From IMG/VR virus record IMGVR_UViG_3300034341_000337, positions 1 to 39,118 of that record: a stretch of 39,118 nt of DNA; one strand, 5' to 3'. This DNA is from a virus. Taxonomy: Duplodnaviria; Caudoviricetes. Of the stretch, positions 25,807 to 34,352 are shown in pieces. How positions within the stretch are numbered: the first letter of the stretch is position 1; each line of letters starts with the position of its first letter. The notes under the pieces are model-generated. The model searched no databases. It had not been told where the DNA came from and worked only from the letters and a program-made list of their open reading frames with translations. A program made the position numbers and the translations under genes.

Positions 25807-28745
25807 TATGCTCTGCCTCCGTCCGTTATGTTCCAGCCATAGGTCGTGGTTAGAACCTCCCTAGAGCTGATTGGGGAATTGTAAGATGCAAGGTTTGGAC
25901 GGGCTGAGTCCGATGGGGCTATGGCTGCGTGGGAGGAGATTTCTTTGACGGAATAAGAAACAGTCATTTGAGCAGCGCCAGACGTTCTTAACTGTACGTT
26001 GCCACCAGCGCCGGGCGTAAACACAAAAGACGTACTAGATGAAAAATAATTTGTGTTTTGCCCAGACTTAAACTCTAGCCTAACATTACCGCTAACGTAA
26101 TTAGATATGGTGACAACAATCTCGTACAGTGTACCGCTGCTTAAAGAAATAGGCTGACCATTAACAACCGTTGCGCTTCCCACATTAACATCAACAGAAG
26201 ATGTATCTGCAAGCTCAGGCCGCGCTGCTGTCGCCGCAGCAACCGTAGCACCACCCGTGTCGGATACGTCTAGCATCATGCCCACAGGATCGCCATCAAC
26301 AGGGACACCGCCTGAACCATTACGGCCCACGCGAAGAGATGTCTTGTCATTGATGTCAAACAATACAGCACCCGTCTGGGCAGCTAGAAGCTCGTAGACA
26401 TCTGCGTATTCAGTCACGTCTGGCGGATCAATAGGAGGCTGTGTGGTCGTGCCTAGATAGTCTTGCAGGACTGTCAGCTCGTCATAGTCTACTTGGCCTT
26501 GGCCCCATGAGCCGCCGTAGAAGCGGCCGTCGAGGCCTGCGGCAAAGCGTAGGTTCCACTGAGTGAACAGCGCAAGACCTTGCGTGTCGCCACTATCATC
26601 GTATGGCGTAATGACCCCTGCGCTATTCGCCCCGTTTGACCGTCCAGATATGCTGTTTGTACCAGCCTGCTCGATAGTCAGAACTTGTTTGTCTTGCGCG
26701 TTAAGGGTCGTAAGATCAACTTGAGCGCTGCTGGAATTGTACCAAGCCCAACCGCCACCATGCCTTACCGCTCCACGATGATCACTTGACGTGCCAAAAG
26801 CCCGCTTCCCTGAACCATCACTCTGCCAAGCCCCCACATGCCACCACTGCTCGCCAAGGTTAAGCGTCGGCTTGACCTCCATCCAGTCGTCTACCCCATC
26901 AGTGTCGAGGTAGTATTTGCGGTCTATGCTGGCGGGGAGTTCTTGGACGATTACGTTGTCGATGGAGCCTTCAAAAGACAAACCTTGCATAAACAAGTAA
27001 GAGCTTCCAGAGCAGCGTATATATTCTGAATGCCAACCTGTTGACGAGACAGAGGTTCCAATACCACCTGCCCCAACAATCGGTCTTATTTGACCGCTAG
27101 TGTATGCGGAAACGTAGAACTGCACAAAGTACCATCTATTCTGCACAATGCTAATTTCATTTGCAGTGCGAAGATTAGAGTTCCCTGCGCCCGTGCGACT
27201 CGCCACCCCACTCCCAATGCTCCAGCCTGTGCCTTTGGTCCAATTACTATCAGTATCAAATGTGCCGTTGGTGACGAGGTTGGGGGTTAGGACTTGTTTG
27301 ACGGAGCCTGCTTGGGTTGTTGTTGTGGATCCAAGCGGCTTTAATGTAACGTAAGTTGTTGTACTTGTTGCAACAAACGTAACGACATTATCTGTTGCGC
27401 CATTAAGGTTTGCAGAATAAAGTTGCGTCCCCAGCGCCGACGTTCCAACATTTAAAGCAACTTGCACCGCGCCCGTGTTGCTAACAATCCACTCGTAAGT
27501 GCCACCAATAACAGTCGTAATCTCATGATAGGCGCGGTCAAAGTTTCCGCCGTTGTCGCGATATAGTGTAATCACCCCATCAGATACCGAAGGAGTGCCA
27601 GACGGATTGCCAAAATCATCGAAAATCCAACCACCATCCGACACCAACTCCGCCCCCCGCTCATCAAACGCGGTTAGGACTTTGCGGACGGAGATGTTGG
27701 AAAACGTTGCACCAAGTGGGGACAGAGGACGAATTGAGAAATACTGATTTCCATCAATAGCTCGGATTTTGACGCTATACGTTCCGTCTGCTGCGGTGCC
27801 GTCTACTGTCTGGGCATCCAAGTCATTTGTGGCGTTGTCCGCCAACTGCATACGGTATGTGCCAGCAGTGTAATTCGATAGAGTGTACGTGATTTCATAC
27901 TCCGCCCCGCTTTCCAAAACGCAGGCGAAGGCGCATCTTGGTCCGCCACCAGACGACACCTGAGAAGTGTAAGAGCCATCGCCGTTGTCAATCCAGTCCG
28001 ATTGCGTTTCAGCGGTGACGCCATCAATCAACTCCTCCCCCCGCTGCCCATTATCCGTAAGCGCAGCAGCCGTCAGGTCGGGATCGTCGAAAAGGACAGG
28101 TCGGGCAGAATCAGATGGGGCTATCGCGTGGTGGCCGGGGATTTCTTTTACGGTAAAAGTAACATCTAAATCTGTAAGATTTCCGCCCCACTCAATCATG
28201 CGAACGATAGCTGTCGACCCGTCAGATTGAAATACAAAATTGTGAATACCAACACCTAAAGCGCCTACGTTGCCTCCCGAAACCGGCCTTATGGTTATGT
28301 TGTCACCTGAAATAGAAGCAATGTTTACGGTAACTTCATAAAACCTTCCGCTTACACCGTCAAATTGGCCGTTTATTGTTTGCGATGTGGCAGGTGTACC
28401 GTTACTTAATGTAAACCTTCCGCCACCTTCATTAACTATTTCACCGAAAACACTAGCTGCTCCGTCTGCAAACTCGTTTGTCGCCCCAGCCAGATAATCC
28501 TCTGCGGTCTTGCCTCCGAGCTGTGAGGTGTCAAGCATGACCCCAACAGGATCACCCACCACAGGCTGACCACCGGAACCGTCCGTGCCTACCCTCAAGG
28601 ACGTCAAATCAGCAGGATCGTAAAAGACGTTGGTGTTGCTGGCGGCTTCTTCTTTTTGAAGAATATCAAAAAACTGGCTTGCAATTGATTTCACCAACGA
28701 CATGACGCCGCGAAAACGGAACCTAAAACGCGAACGTCCTGTCAT
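25806..28745 (-). CDS. Modular tail/adhesin protein with a duplicated LamG-like scaffold and inserted beta-sandwich modules
   Basis: Two copies each of TSLRVG..GSGG.PV.GDPVG.MLD.S and AIAPSDSARP.L; modules such as LVTNGTFDTDSNWTKGTGWSI; YYLDTDGVDD. Confidence 0.75.
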   Translation of the reverse strand: MTGRSRFRFRFRGVMSLVKSIASQFFDILQKEEAASNTNVFYDPADLTSLRVGTDGSGGQPVVGDPVGVMLDTSQLGGKTAEDYLAGATNEFADGAASVFGEIVNEGGGRFTLSNGTPATSQTINGQFDGVSGRFYEVTVNIASISGDNITIRPVSGGNVGALGVGIHNFVFQSDGSTAIVRMIEWGGNLTDLDVTFTVKEIPGHHAIAPSDSARPVLFDDPDLTAAALTDNGQRGEELIDGVTAETQSDWIDNGDGSYTSQVSSGGGPRCAFACVLESGAEYEITYTLSNYTAGTYRMQLADNATNDLDAQTVDGTAADGTYSVKIRAIDGNQYFSIRPLSPLGATFSNISVRKVLTAFDERGAELVSDGGWIFDDFGNPSGTPSVSDGVITLYRDNGGNFDRAYHEITTVIGGTYEWIVSNTGAVQVALNVGTSALGTQLYSANLNGATDNVVTFVATSTTTYVTLKPLGSTTTTQAGSVKQVLTPNLVTNGTFDTDSNWTKGTGWSIGSGVASRTGAGNSNLRTANEISIVQNRWYFVQFYVSAYTSGQIRPIVGAGGIGTSVSSTGWHSEYIRCSGSSYLFMQGLSFEGSIDNVIVQELPASIDRKYYLDTDGVDDWMEVKPTLNLGEQWWHVGAWQSDGSGKRAFGTSSDHRGAVRHGGGWAWYNSSSAQVDLTTLNAQDKQVLTIEQAGTNSISGRSNGANSAGVITPYDDSGDTQGLALFTQWNLRFAAGLDGRFYGGSWGQGQVDYDELTVLQDYLGTTTQPPIDPPDVTEYADVYELLAAQTGAVLFDINDKTSLRVGRNGSGGVPVDGDPVGMMLDVSDTGGATVAAATAARPELADTSSVDVNVGSATVVNGQPISLSSGTLYEIVVTISNYVSGNVRLEFKSGQNTNYFSSSTSFVFTPGAGGNVQLRTSGAAQMTVSYSVKEISSHAAIAPSDSARPNLASYNSPISSREVLTTTYGWNITDGGRA

Positions 28746-28748
28746 TTA

Positions 28749-29051
28749 TCAATATCCTTCGCCTTGGATCATATGCAAAGTTGTAGAGTCGCTGCCAGCG
28801 CAGACATAAGCAATGTGTGTGTCATCCTGAAACTTGCTGATCGTGACTTGGCTCCCGCCAAGGACAGCATAGTCTGCCGCTGTTGCTGTGATACCAGATA
28901 TGCCGATACGCACATAACAGACCTTCTCGCCCGTATTGGTCAGGCAGATTGTCTTGCTCTTAAATCCCAGCTCTGTGCTTGCACTTGTTGAGCTAACAGA
29001 AGCCGTAGCGCCGCGTCCGTAAGCTGGTGCGAATGTTTGATCGATAGCCAT
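28749..29051 (-). CDS. Small beta-rich virion protein
   Basis: SD GGAGGT; conserved-looking C-terminus LH...GEG; structural context. Confidence 0.7.
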   Translation of the reverse strand: MAIDQTFAPAYGRGATASVSSTSASTELGFKSKTICLTNTGEKVCYVRIGISGITATAADYAVLGGSQVTISKFQDDTHIAYVCAGSDSTTLHMIQGEGY

Positions 29052-29719
29052 TAAATTACCTCCACGGCATTACGTCTAAGCCAATCGAGGCTACCGTGCA
29101 ATCTTGTATGCAAAGCACGGTCAGCATCGCTTGCTAAATTCATCATAATCTTGTTTGTCAGTGCGTTGTAAAGGGCCAGCAATTCTGCGGCTGTAGATCC
29201 GAACGCCTGATCCTCCCGGAACAAGTCAGAAAGCTCTTCCGGCACCACATCCGGTTCTGGCTCCGGTTCCGGTTCTGGCTCTGGTTCTGGCTCAGGTTCC
29301 GGCTCTGGTTCAGGTTCTTCAACAACAGGCTCTTCTTCAACTGGTGGCTCCTCAATCTTAGGCGCACCATAACGCGGCGGCTCTGCGGGGATGTCTGACA
29401 ATACACCGTTAACAATGTCCCGCAATTGCTGACGCCAGAACTTCCATTCAGGGTTCAGAGCCAGATCCTGCTCTGACGCTTTGGCAACAATGTGATCTGT
29501 CCCAGCCAACAGCCGTAGCGCCTGCTTGGGGAGCAGCACACACTTCTCGTGCTTGCCACCATCCTCATCTTCCACAATCTCTGCGGTGTCCTCATATGCA
29601 CCCGCAGGCAAAGGGTTAAGAATGCGTTGATCCTTGTCCCTAACAAATGCCCAGGGTCCGATATTAATGACCTTGCCTTCGGCATCTCGTACAACTTGCA
29701 TCATCATATCGCGACCCAT
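29051..29719 (-). CDS. Tail fibre assembly chaperone-like protein with (EP)11 linker
   Basis: LLAGTD.......W..WRQQLRDI motif; EP repeat. Confidence 0.6.
   Translation of the reverse strand: MGRDMMMQVVRDAEGKVINIGPWAFVRDKDQRILNPLPAGAYEDTAEIVEDEDGGKHEKCVLLPKQALRLLAGTDHIVAKASEQDLALNPEWKFWRQQLRDIVNGVLSDIPAEPPRYGAPKIEEPPVEEEPVVEEPEPEPEPEPEPEPEPEPEPEPDVVPEELSDLFREDQAFGSTAAELLALYNALTNKIMMNLASDADRALHTRLHGSLDWLRRNAVEVI
29252..29317 (-). repeat. Coding 6-bp repeat, (Glu-Pro)x11
   Basis: GARCCN x11 with varied wobble bases. Confidence 0.9.
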
Positions 29720-30048
29720 CCTGTGTTGCCTGTTCCGCTTTCCTTAACGTACAGCGTTGTGTTTGCCCCACCATCTGTTCTCGTCCACAGCGACCCCACA
29801 GAGGCCGTTACAGAGCCTTCCGGTGATCCTGCACCAGAGCGCCACACAAGGGCCGTATCGCCGCTGACGAGGTTTACACCGCCAGCAAACGTGATTGCCT
29901 CATCGCTGGCTGCATTCTGTGCGTTAATAAACTGTTTAACAGTGGTTCCAGATGCGCGTCTGGCGTCACCGTTGAGCTGACTGTAAACGACAAACTGATC
30001 ACCTGCCGCTAATGTATCAATGGCTGATAGCTTGTTGATGGTTGTCAT
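29704..30048 (-). CDS. Minimal tailspike-like protein (anchor plus C-terminal GSPEG motif)
   Basis: N-terminus paralogous to 30062-31717; GSPEGSVTASVGSL..RTDGG...LYVKESGTGNTGW. Confidence 0.7.
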   Translation of the reverse strand: MTTINKLSAIDTLAAGDQFVVYSQLNGDARRASGTTVKQFINAQNAASDEAITFAGGVNLVSGDTALVWRSGAGSPEGSVTASVGSLWTRTDGGANTTLYVKESGTGNTGWVAI

Positions 30049-30061
30049 TTTCAGTCCCTGC

Positions 30062-31717
30062 TTAAATAGTTTGGTTCAATCTGATGTTTAATCTTACATT
30101 TGCGCCAGTCGCATTGCTTCTGTCTACACTAATTCTAAACCTATTGGAATTGTAGACGCCTGTGTTGCCCGGTCCAGCTATGTCGTTTTCGTCAATTCTC
30201 TTAACGCCAACGGGGAAGAAGGAAGGCGAATTGTTATTAAATCCCTGATCTTCGGCAAAAACTGTTATGAGTGAATGTGCGTCTGGTTTCGCAACAAGAT
30301 TAGAAAAATCAAAGTTTTTGAAATATACGTTTGTTGAACCAACTTGCGTCCATGTTCCCCAGCCGGAAGTCTCTTGAGATATATCGACCGTTGTATTCGG
30401 AACGTCACTTCCGTTATTTTTTGTATTGTCTAATATAATGCCTTTAAAAATTGTGCCGTAGGTATATCCGTTTCCCGTATCGTCTGCATTATACTCAATG
30501 AGATTTGTAACGACTCCAGTTGAATGCGTGATTATGAGACCTTGTGAGTTATCATTCACTTCCGTTGGGTATAAGTAAAAAGCAGTTGTCGTGTTTGAGC
30601 TGGTGCTTTTTACGATTTTATTCTGCACGAAACTGGTCTGACTGTTTCTGATAATCACATGACCATTATCGATGTAAGTGTTGCTCCAGCTAGAATTATG
30701 GAAGCCTGCTTCAATTAAGAGAACAGGCAAATCCTGCGGACTTACATGACTACCATTGTAAAAGTGGCATGAATTGAACTGAGTGTTGAAAGCGGTGTCA
30801 GCTCCGCTCATGCCGCCCCAGCCGACAAACGGATATTTAGAATATGCAGAGATAAGTCTTTCGCCTATGCAATCTGCTGTGCCGACACTAATGCCTGCGT
30901 ATCGTCTGTAGTTTAGCGGGTCTGAGTGACCAAGATAGGCAACTGTGCCAACGTCATTGTTCCAAGGCCACTCTTTAACGACAAGATCCCGCAAAACAGT
31001 TTCCGTTGCTTTGTTCTGCGTTTTAACGCCGTAGCCTTTGAAATAGTTAATTTCTACATTTTCTATTTTCACAGAGGACGTGCGATCTATAAGAATCCCC
31101 GCTGCACCATTGCCTTCATAATTGTCTGCTGCAATTGACGAAACTGTGTTAAGACTTCCTCGTCCACAATCAATCTGCATATCTCGCAAAATTATGTCTC
31201 TTATTACAGGAGTGCCGCCTTGTATTTTAAAGATCATGTCACCGTCAGCGTTCTTAACATTGTAAGACAGCGAACCTGAATTGGCCCAACCTGTACCAAC
31301 GGCTATAAACTTTCCGCCTTTAATGGTGATACCACCAGAATTAACATTAATTGTAGAGCCAACGCCGTAGACATTATTGGTGCAATCTACTTCCCCAATA
31401 GCGCCAAAGGTTGCAACATAGTTGATTGCCCTCTGGATCGCGGCAGAGTCGTCTGTAACGCCATCTGCTACAGCGCCAAAGTCCTGCGGAGTAACTATTA
31501 GTTTGCTAAACTTTGCCTGAATGGTGGTTGCAACAGCACCCGTGCCTTCTGGTGTGTATGTAACGCCTGAAGCATCCGTCGTTATCCCAGACTGCATAAA
31601 CGCCTTTACGGTGTTCATAGATGCTTTGCGTGTGTCGCCCTGCGCGTTGACCCAAACCGGCAGTAAATCATCGGAAACAACTTTGTCCGTGCCTGATAAG
31701 TTACGAATCTTCACCAT
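30062..31717 (-). CDS. Tailspike with pectate-lyase-like beta-helix (putative depolymerase)
   Basis: GTGAVATT, VTPQDFGAVADGVTDDSAAIQRAI; Asn/Gly-rich beta-helix. Confidence 0.85.
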   Translation of the reverse strand: MVKIRNLSGTDKVVSDDLLPVWVNAQGDTRKASMNTVKAFMQSGITTDASGVTYTPEGTGAVATTIQAKFSKLIVTPQDFGAVADGVTDDSAAIQRAINYVATFGAIGEVDCTNNVYGVGSTINVNSGGITIKGGKFIAVGTGWANSGSLSYNVKNADGDMIFKIQGGTPVIRDIILRDMQIDCGRGSLNTVSSIAADNYEGNGAAGILIDRTSSVKIENVEINYFKGYGVKTQNKATETVLRDLVVKEWPWNNDVGTVAYLGHSDPLNYRRYAGISVGTADCIGERLISAYSKYPFVGWGGMSGADTAFNTQFNSCHFYNGSHVSPQDLPVLLIEAGFHNSSWSNTYIDNGHVIIRNSQTSFVQNKIVKSTSSNTTTAFYLYPTEVNDNSQGLIITHSTGVVTNLIEYNADDTGNGYTYGTIFKGIILDNTKNNGSDVPNTTVDISQETSGWGTWTQVGSTNVYFKNFDFSNLVAKPDAHSLITVFAEDQGFNNNSPSFFPVGVKRIDENDIAGPGNTGVYNSNRFRISVDRSNATGANVRLNIRLNQTI

Positions 31718-32202
31718 TATTCAAACTCCAGCTCTGAATCAGGTCCAGCATCCAAGCTGTCTGCCGCTGAATCCAGGAAGGGATCTTTGTTCCACCGCCA
31801 CTGCTTGTTGCCTTGTCCGGCAGGCAGCGTGTGGGTATCCATTCTTCGTTGTATCGGTGCCGCAGAATTAGACAGCAAAGCCATGTAGCCCTGACGCGCC
31901 ATAACCTTTGTGTCGGGCGATGGCTGCTTGCCCATGCTTGGGGCTAAACGCAGAGCCAGCCCCGTATACATAGCTTCTAGCGCCATATCCGAAACATTAA
32001 CGTCATCACTTAGATTAGACTTTGTGTAAGCTGAAGGCAGCGGATATCCGACACGAATGCCTTTATGGTTCCATTGCGCCATCATGCCGTCCAGCCTACG
32101 AAGAGCATATTGCATCTCTTCTGGCGCGGCATCGAAGACGTAATCGCCCAAGCCTATTTCAGTAAAAGCCTGCTGGATAACATTAAGTTTCGTGAACGCC
32201 AT
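31717..32202 (-). CDS. Head-to-tail adaptor, P22 gp4-like
   Basis: ALRRLDGMMAQW...GI..GY, LALRLAP..GK, LPAGQGNK. Confidence 0.85.
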   Translation of the reverse strand: MAFTKLNVIQQAFTEIGLGDYVFDAAPEEMQYALRRLDGMMAQWNHKGIRVGYPLPSAYTKSNLSDDVNVSDMALEAMYTGLALRLAPSMGKQPSPDTKVMARQGYMALLSNSAAPIQRRMDTHTLPAGQGNKQWRWNKDPFLDSAADSLDAGPDSELEFE

Positions 32203-32497
32203 ATAGTTTTTCCTCTATCCGTTTACGCAACTTCTCGTCGCTTGTGCGGCCATCTACCTTTAAGCCGATATCCAGTGCTTTCTCAATTAGCTCTGCACGA
32301 GTTGGCTGCTTGGTGTCAATTTCTTCTTTTTCAGCAGGTTTGCTGAAAGCATCCATAGCCTCTTGTGCATTCTGGAACCAGCCCTTTGTCAAAGCATTCG
32401 TTAGCTCTTCTTTAGAATGAACAGCTTTATATTTAAACGTACCGCCTCTAGCTATTTGATCGCCGGGGCTTTGATAAATCATTGTAGGAAATTCCAT
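32183..32497 (-). CDS. Hypothetical protein with C-terminal helix-extension-helix motif
   Basis: PTRAEL.EKA..IGLKVDGRTSD.KL...I. Confidence 0.75.
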   Translation of the reverse strand: MEFPTMIYQSPGDQIARGGTFKYKAVHSKEELTNALTKGWFQNAQEAMDAFSKPAEKEEIDTKQPTRAELIEKALDIGLKVDGRTSDEKLRKRIEEKLYGVHET

Positions 32498-32649
32498 TAC
32501 TTTCTCTTCTTTGCTGTTTTGGCTGACTGCTTAAAGGCTTTAGCCGTTGGCGCACCTTTACTGCCGGCTTTTCTCATCTTCTCACCGCTTCCCGCCTTAA
32601 TCCGCTTACGCTTGGCGTGAATGTTTGCGTACAATCCTTTACTTGGCAC
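32497..32649 (-). CDS. Very basic 50-aa protein (not in ORF track)
   Basis: GTG start with SD AAGGA; MPSKGLYANIHAKRKRIKAGSGEKMRKAGSKGAPTAKAFKQSAKTAKKRK; TAATG coupling. Confidence 0.75.
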   Translation of the reverse strand: MPSKGLYANIHAKRKRIKAGSGEKMRKAGSKGAPTAKAFKQSAKTAKKRK

Positions 32650-32887
32650 TTTTCGTTCCTTTGCATTTCCACCGCTTGCGGCTCAGTCTCAGCGGACTGT
32701 TAGGATCTTTTGCAGCCTTAGAATGTTTCTTCATCTGACCTGCCGATCTAGCGCAATAGGCGTCACCCTTCTTCGTTCCGGGCTTGACACGAGCGCCGCC
32801 GCCTTTGGCTTTACCAGCCTGTCCGTAGCTAACCTTCTTGCCAGAGGCTGTTACCTTGACCCGTGCTTTGCCTTTGGCTGGCTTCAT
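32639..32887 (-). CDS. Very basic 82-aa protein (DUF6321-like)
   Basis: YCARSAGQMK...KDPNS....SRKRWKC. Confidence 0.75.
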   Translation of the reverse strand: MKPAKGKARVKVTASGKKVSYGQAGKAKGGGARVKPGTKKGDAYCARSAGQMKKHSKAAKDPNSPLRLSRKRWKCKGTKSAK

Positions 32888-32997
32888 TTCTTTTTCTTCC
32901 TGTTCACAACAGGCTTGCCAGTGCGTTTAGCTGCTGCCGCTGCTTTTTTGCGACCTGCTGGCGTGTAGGCATATGTTTTTTTACCGACTTTGGGCAT
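32884..32997 (-). CDS. Very basic 37-aa protein (not in ORF track)
   Basis: SD GGAGGT; MPKVGKKTYAYTPAGRKKAAAAAKRTGKPVVNRKKKK; ATGA coupling. Confidence 0.75.
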   Translation of the reverse strand: MPKVGKKTYAYTPAGRKKAAAAAKRTGKPVVNRKKKK

Positions 32998-33017
32998 ATC
33001 GTACCTCCAAATGGTTA

Positions 33018-33037
33018 GGGCGACCCGAAAGCCGCCC
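33018..33037 (-). terminator. Hairpin after the coat gene (stabiliser or leaky terminator)
   Basis: GGGCGGC-TTTCGG-GTCGCCC with a UUCG-type loop and no good U-tract. Confidence 0.5.
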
Positions 33038-33053
33038 CTCCCTTTTAGCAGAT

Positions 33054-34340
33054 TTACGGAGTTTGGCCAAACAGCAGGATACCAGTCATTTCTGGTTGCT
33101 TGTTTACCACGCCGTACAGACAGTCGAGACGATACTTTGTCATCATGGTGTCGATGTCATATTGCTTCTGCATAACGACTTCAATGCCATTGTCTGTTGT
33201 GCCACGCATCACGTCTGCACCTGCATCACCCGGTACAGCATAACGTCCTGGCAGAAGCTCAATCGCATCTTTGTGCCAGAAGCAGTTAATGTTTGCTGCA
33301 TCATAGTTGATGAAGGTAATCGCAGAGTTAGAAGCAGCCGTGACGATTTCACAGTTCTTGTAAGAAGCTGATGCGTCATCTGGTGTACCATCTTGGTTAG
33401 AGATGATTGGCGGCGAAATAACCATGCTCGATCCGTCAACAACAGAGATAACACGGAAAGTTTTCAACTGGCCCGTGTCAGCTTTGGTGATGTGGTGAAC
33501 AGCATTAACACCAGCAATGGTAAACGCATCACCAGCTGCTACGTTAGCTGTCGAAGACACAGTAACAGTCTGGTAGCGATTGTCATAGTTATTGACTTCA
33601 CCAGTTGCCGCAGTCGATGTCGCTTGCGGTGTGTGGTGCTGACCACTGGCCTGTGCGCGGGTGTCAATGGTAATTGAACCACCACCAGCAGCCGCGTTAA
33701 TGCGGTTAGCATAATCCAGCTTCATTGTGGTGAAACCAGCCACGTCACCTACCAGCGAACGCTCATATGCGCTGACAGATTTCTGTCCTGCAAACGAACG
33801 TGGTGCGACTGACAGATTGGACGCCATGCCGTTATAATCACGGCTAGACAGGGCCAGATGACGATCATTCATCGGGATACCAATTTCGTTAAACACTGCA
33901 TCAATTTCCGCAACATCGTCATAACCAGACGCAGCACCTGTGCGGCTAACAACAACAGTACCACTCGAAGATGCAACATTGGTTACTGATACGTTAACAT
34001 CAGAAGCCAGCTTCTGATATGCAGCGTCACCAAGGCGATTTTCCTGCAATGCGTCACGCAGTTCTGTTGCGCTCATTTTCCACGGAACGGCTTTTGAGAA
34101 ACCGATAGTGGCAGGAACGGAGAGCTGTGTGTAGTCGCCAAAATTGGACGTCATATCCGTACCTGAATATGAGCGAGCAATGTAAGGCTGTGGACGCCAG
34201 ATGGTGTTGTTTGTACGTTCCATCATAGTCTGGTCAGTGCCATAAATGCTGACTGAGTTGCTCAATATGAGTGCATCATTGAAACCTTCAAGAATGCTTT
34301 CGAACGCTACTCGTTCTTCTTTGTTAAAGGCGTTAGCCAT
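33054..34340 (-). CDS. Major capsid protein, P22 gp5 family
   Basis: MANAFNKEERVAFE, WRPQPYI, ELRD, AGDAFTIAGV, RLD.LYGV..PE motifs. Confidence 0.93.
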   Translation of the reverse strand: MANAFNKEERVAFESILEGFNDALILSNSVSIYGTDQTMMERTNNTIWRPQPYIARSYSGTDMTSNFGDYTQLSVPATIGFSKAVPWKMSATELRDALQENRLGDAAYQKLASDVNVSVTNVASSSGTVVVSRTGAASGYDDVAEIDAVFNEIGIPMNDRHLALSSRDYNGMASNLSVAPRSFAGQKSVSAYERSLVGDVAGFTTMKLDYANRINAAAGGGSITIDTRAQASGQHHTPQATSTAATGEVNNYDNRYQTVTVSSTANVAAGDAFTIAGVNAVHHITKADTGQLKTFRVISVVDGSSMVISPPIISNQDGTPDDASASYKNCEIVTAASNSAITFINYDAANINCFWHKDAIELLPGRYAVPGDAGADVMRGTTDNGIEVVMQKQYDIDTMMTKYRLDCLYGVVNKQPEMTGILLFGQTP

Positions 34341-34352
34341 ATTTCTATCCTA

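Noticed and set aside
25790-25830. Programmed frameshift fusing the 979-aa and 540-aa tail ORFs
   Set aside because: No slippery heptamer before the stop; a plain TAATG overlap with GGAGG upstream explains it as translational coupling.
24694-25890. Currently active site-specific excision of the LRR segment
   Set aside because: The junction cores are only 8/13 identical and no recombinase is encoded in the window; an old event is more likely.
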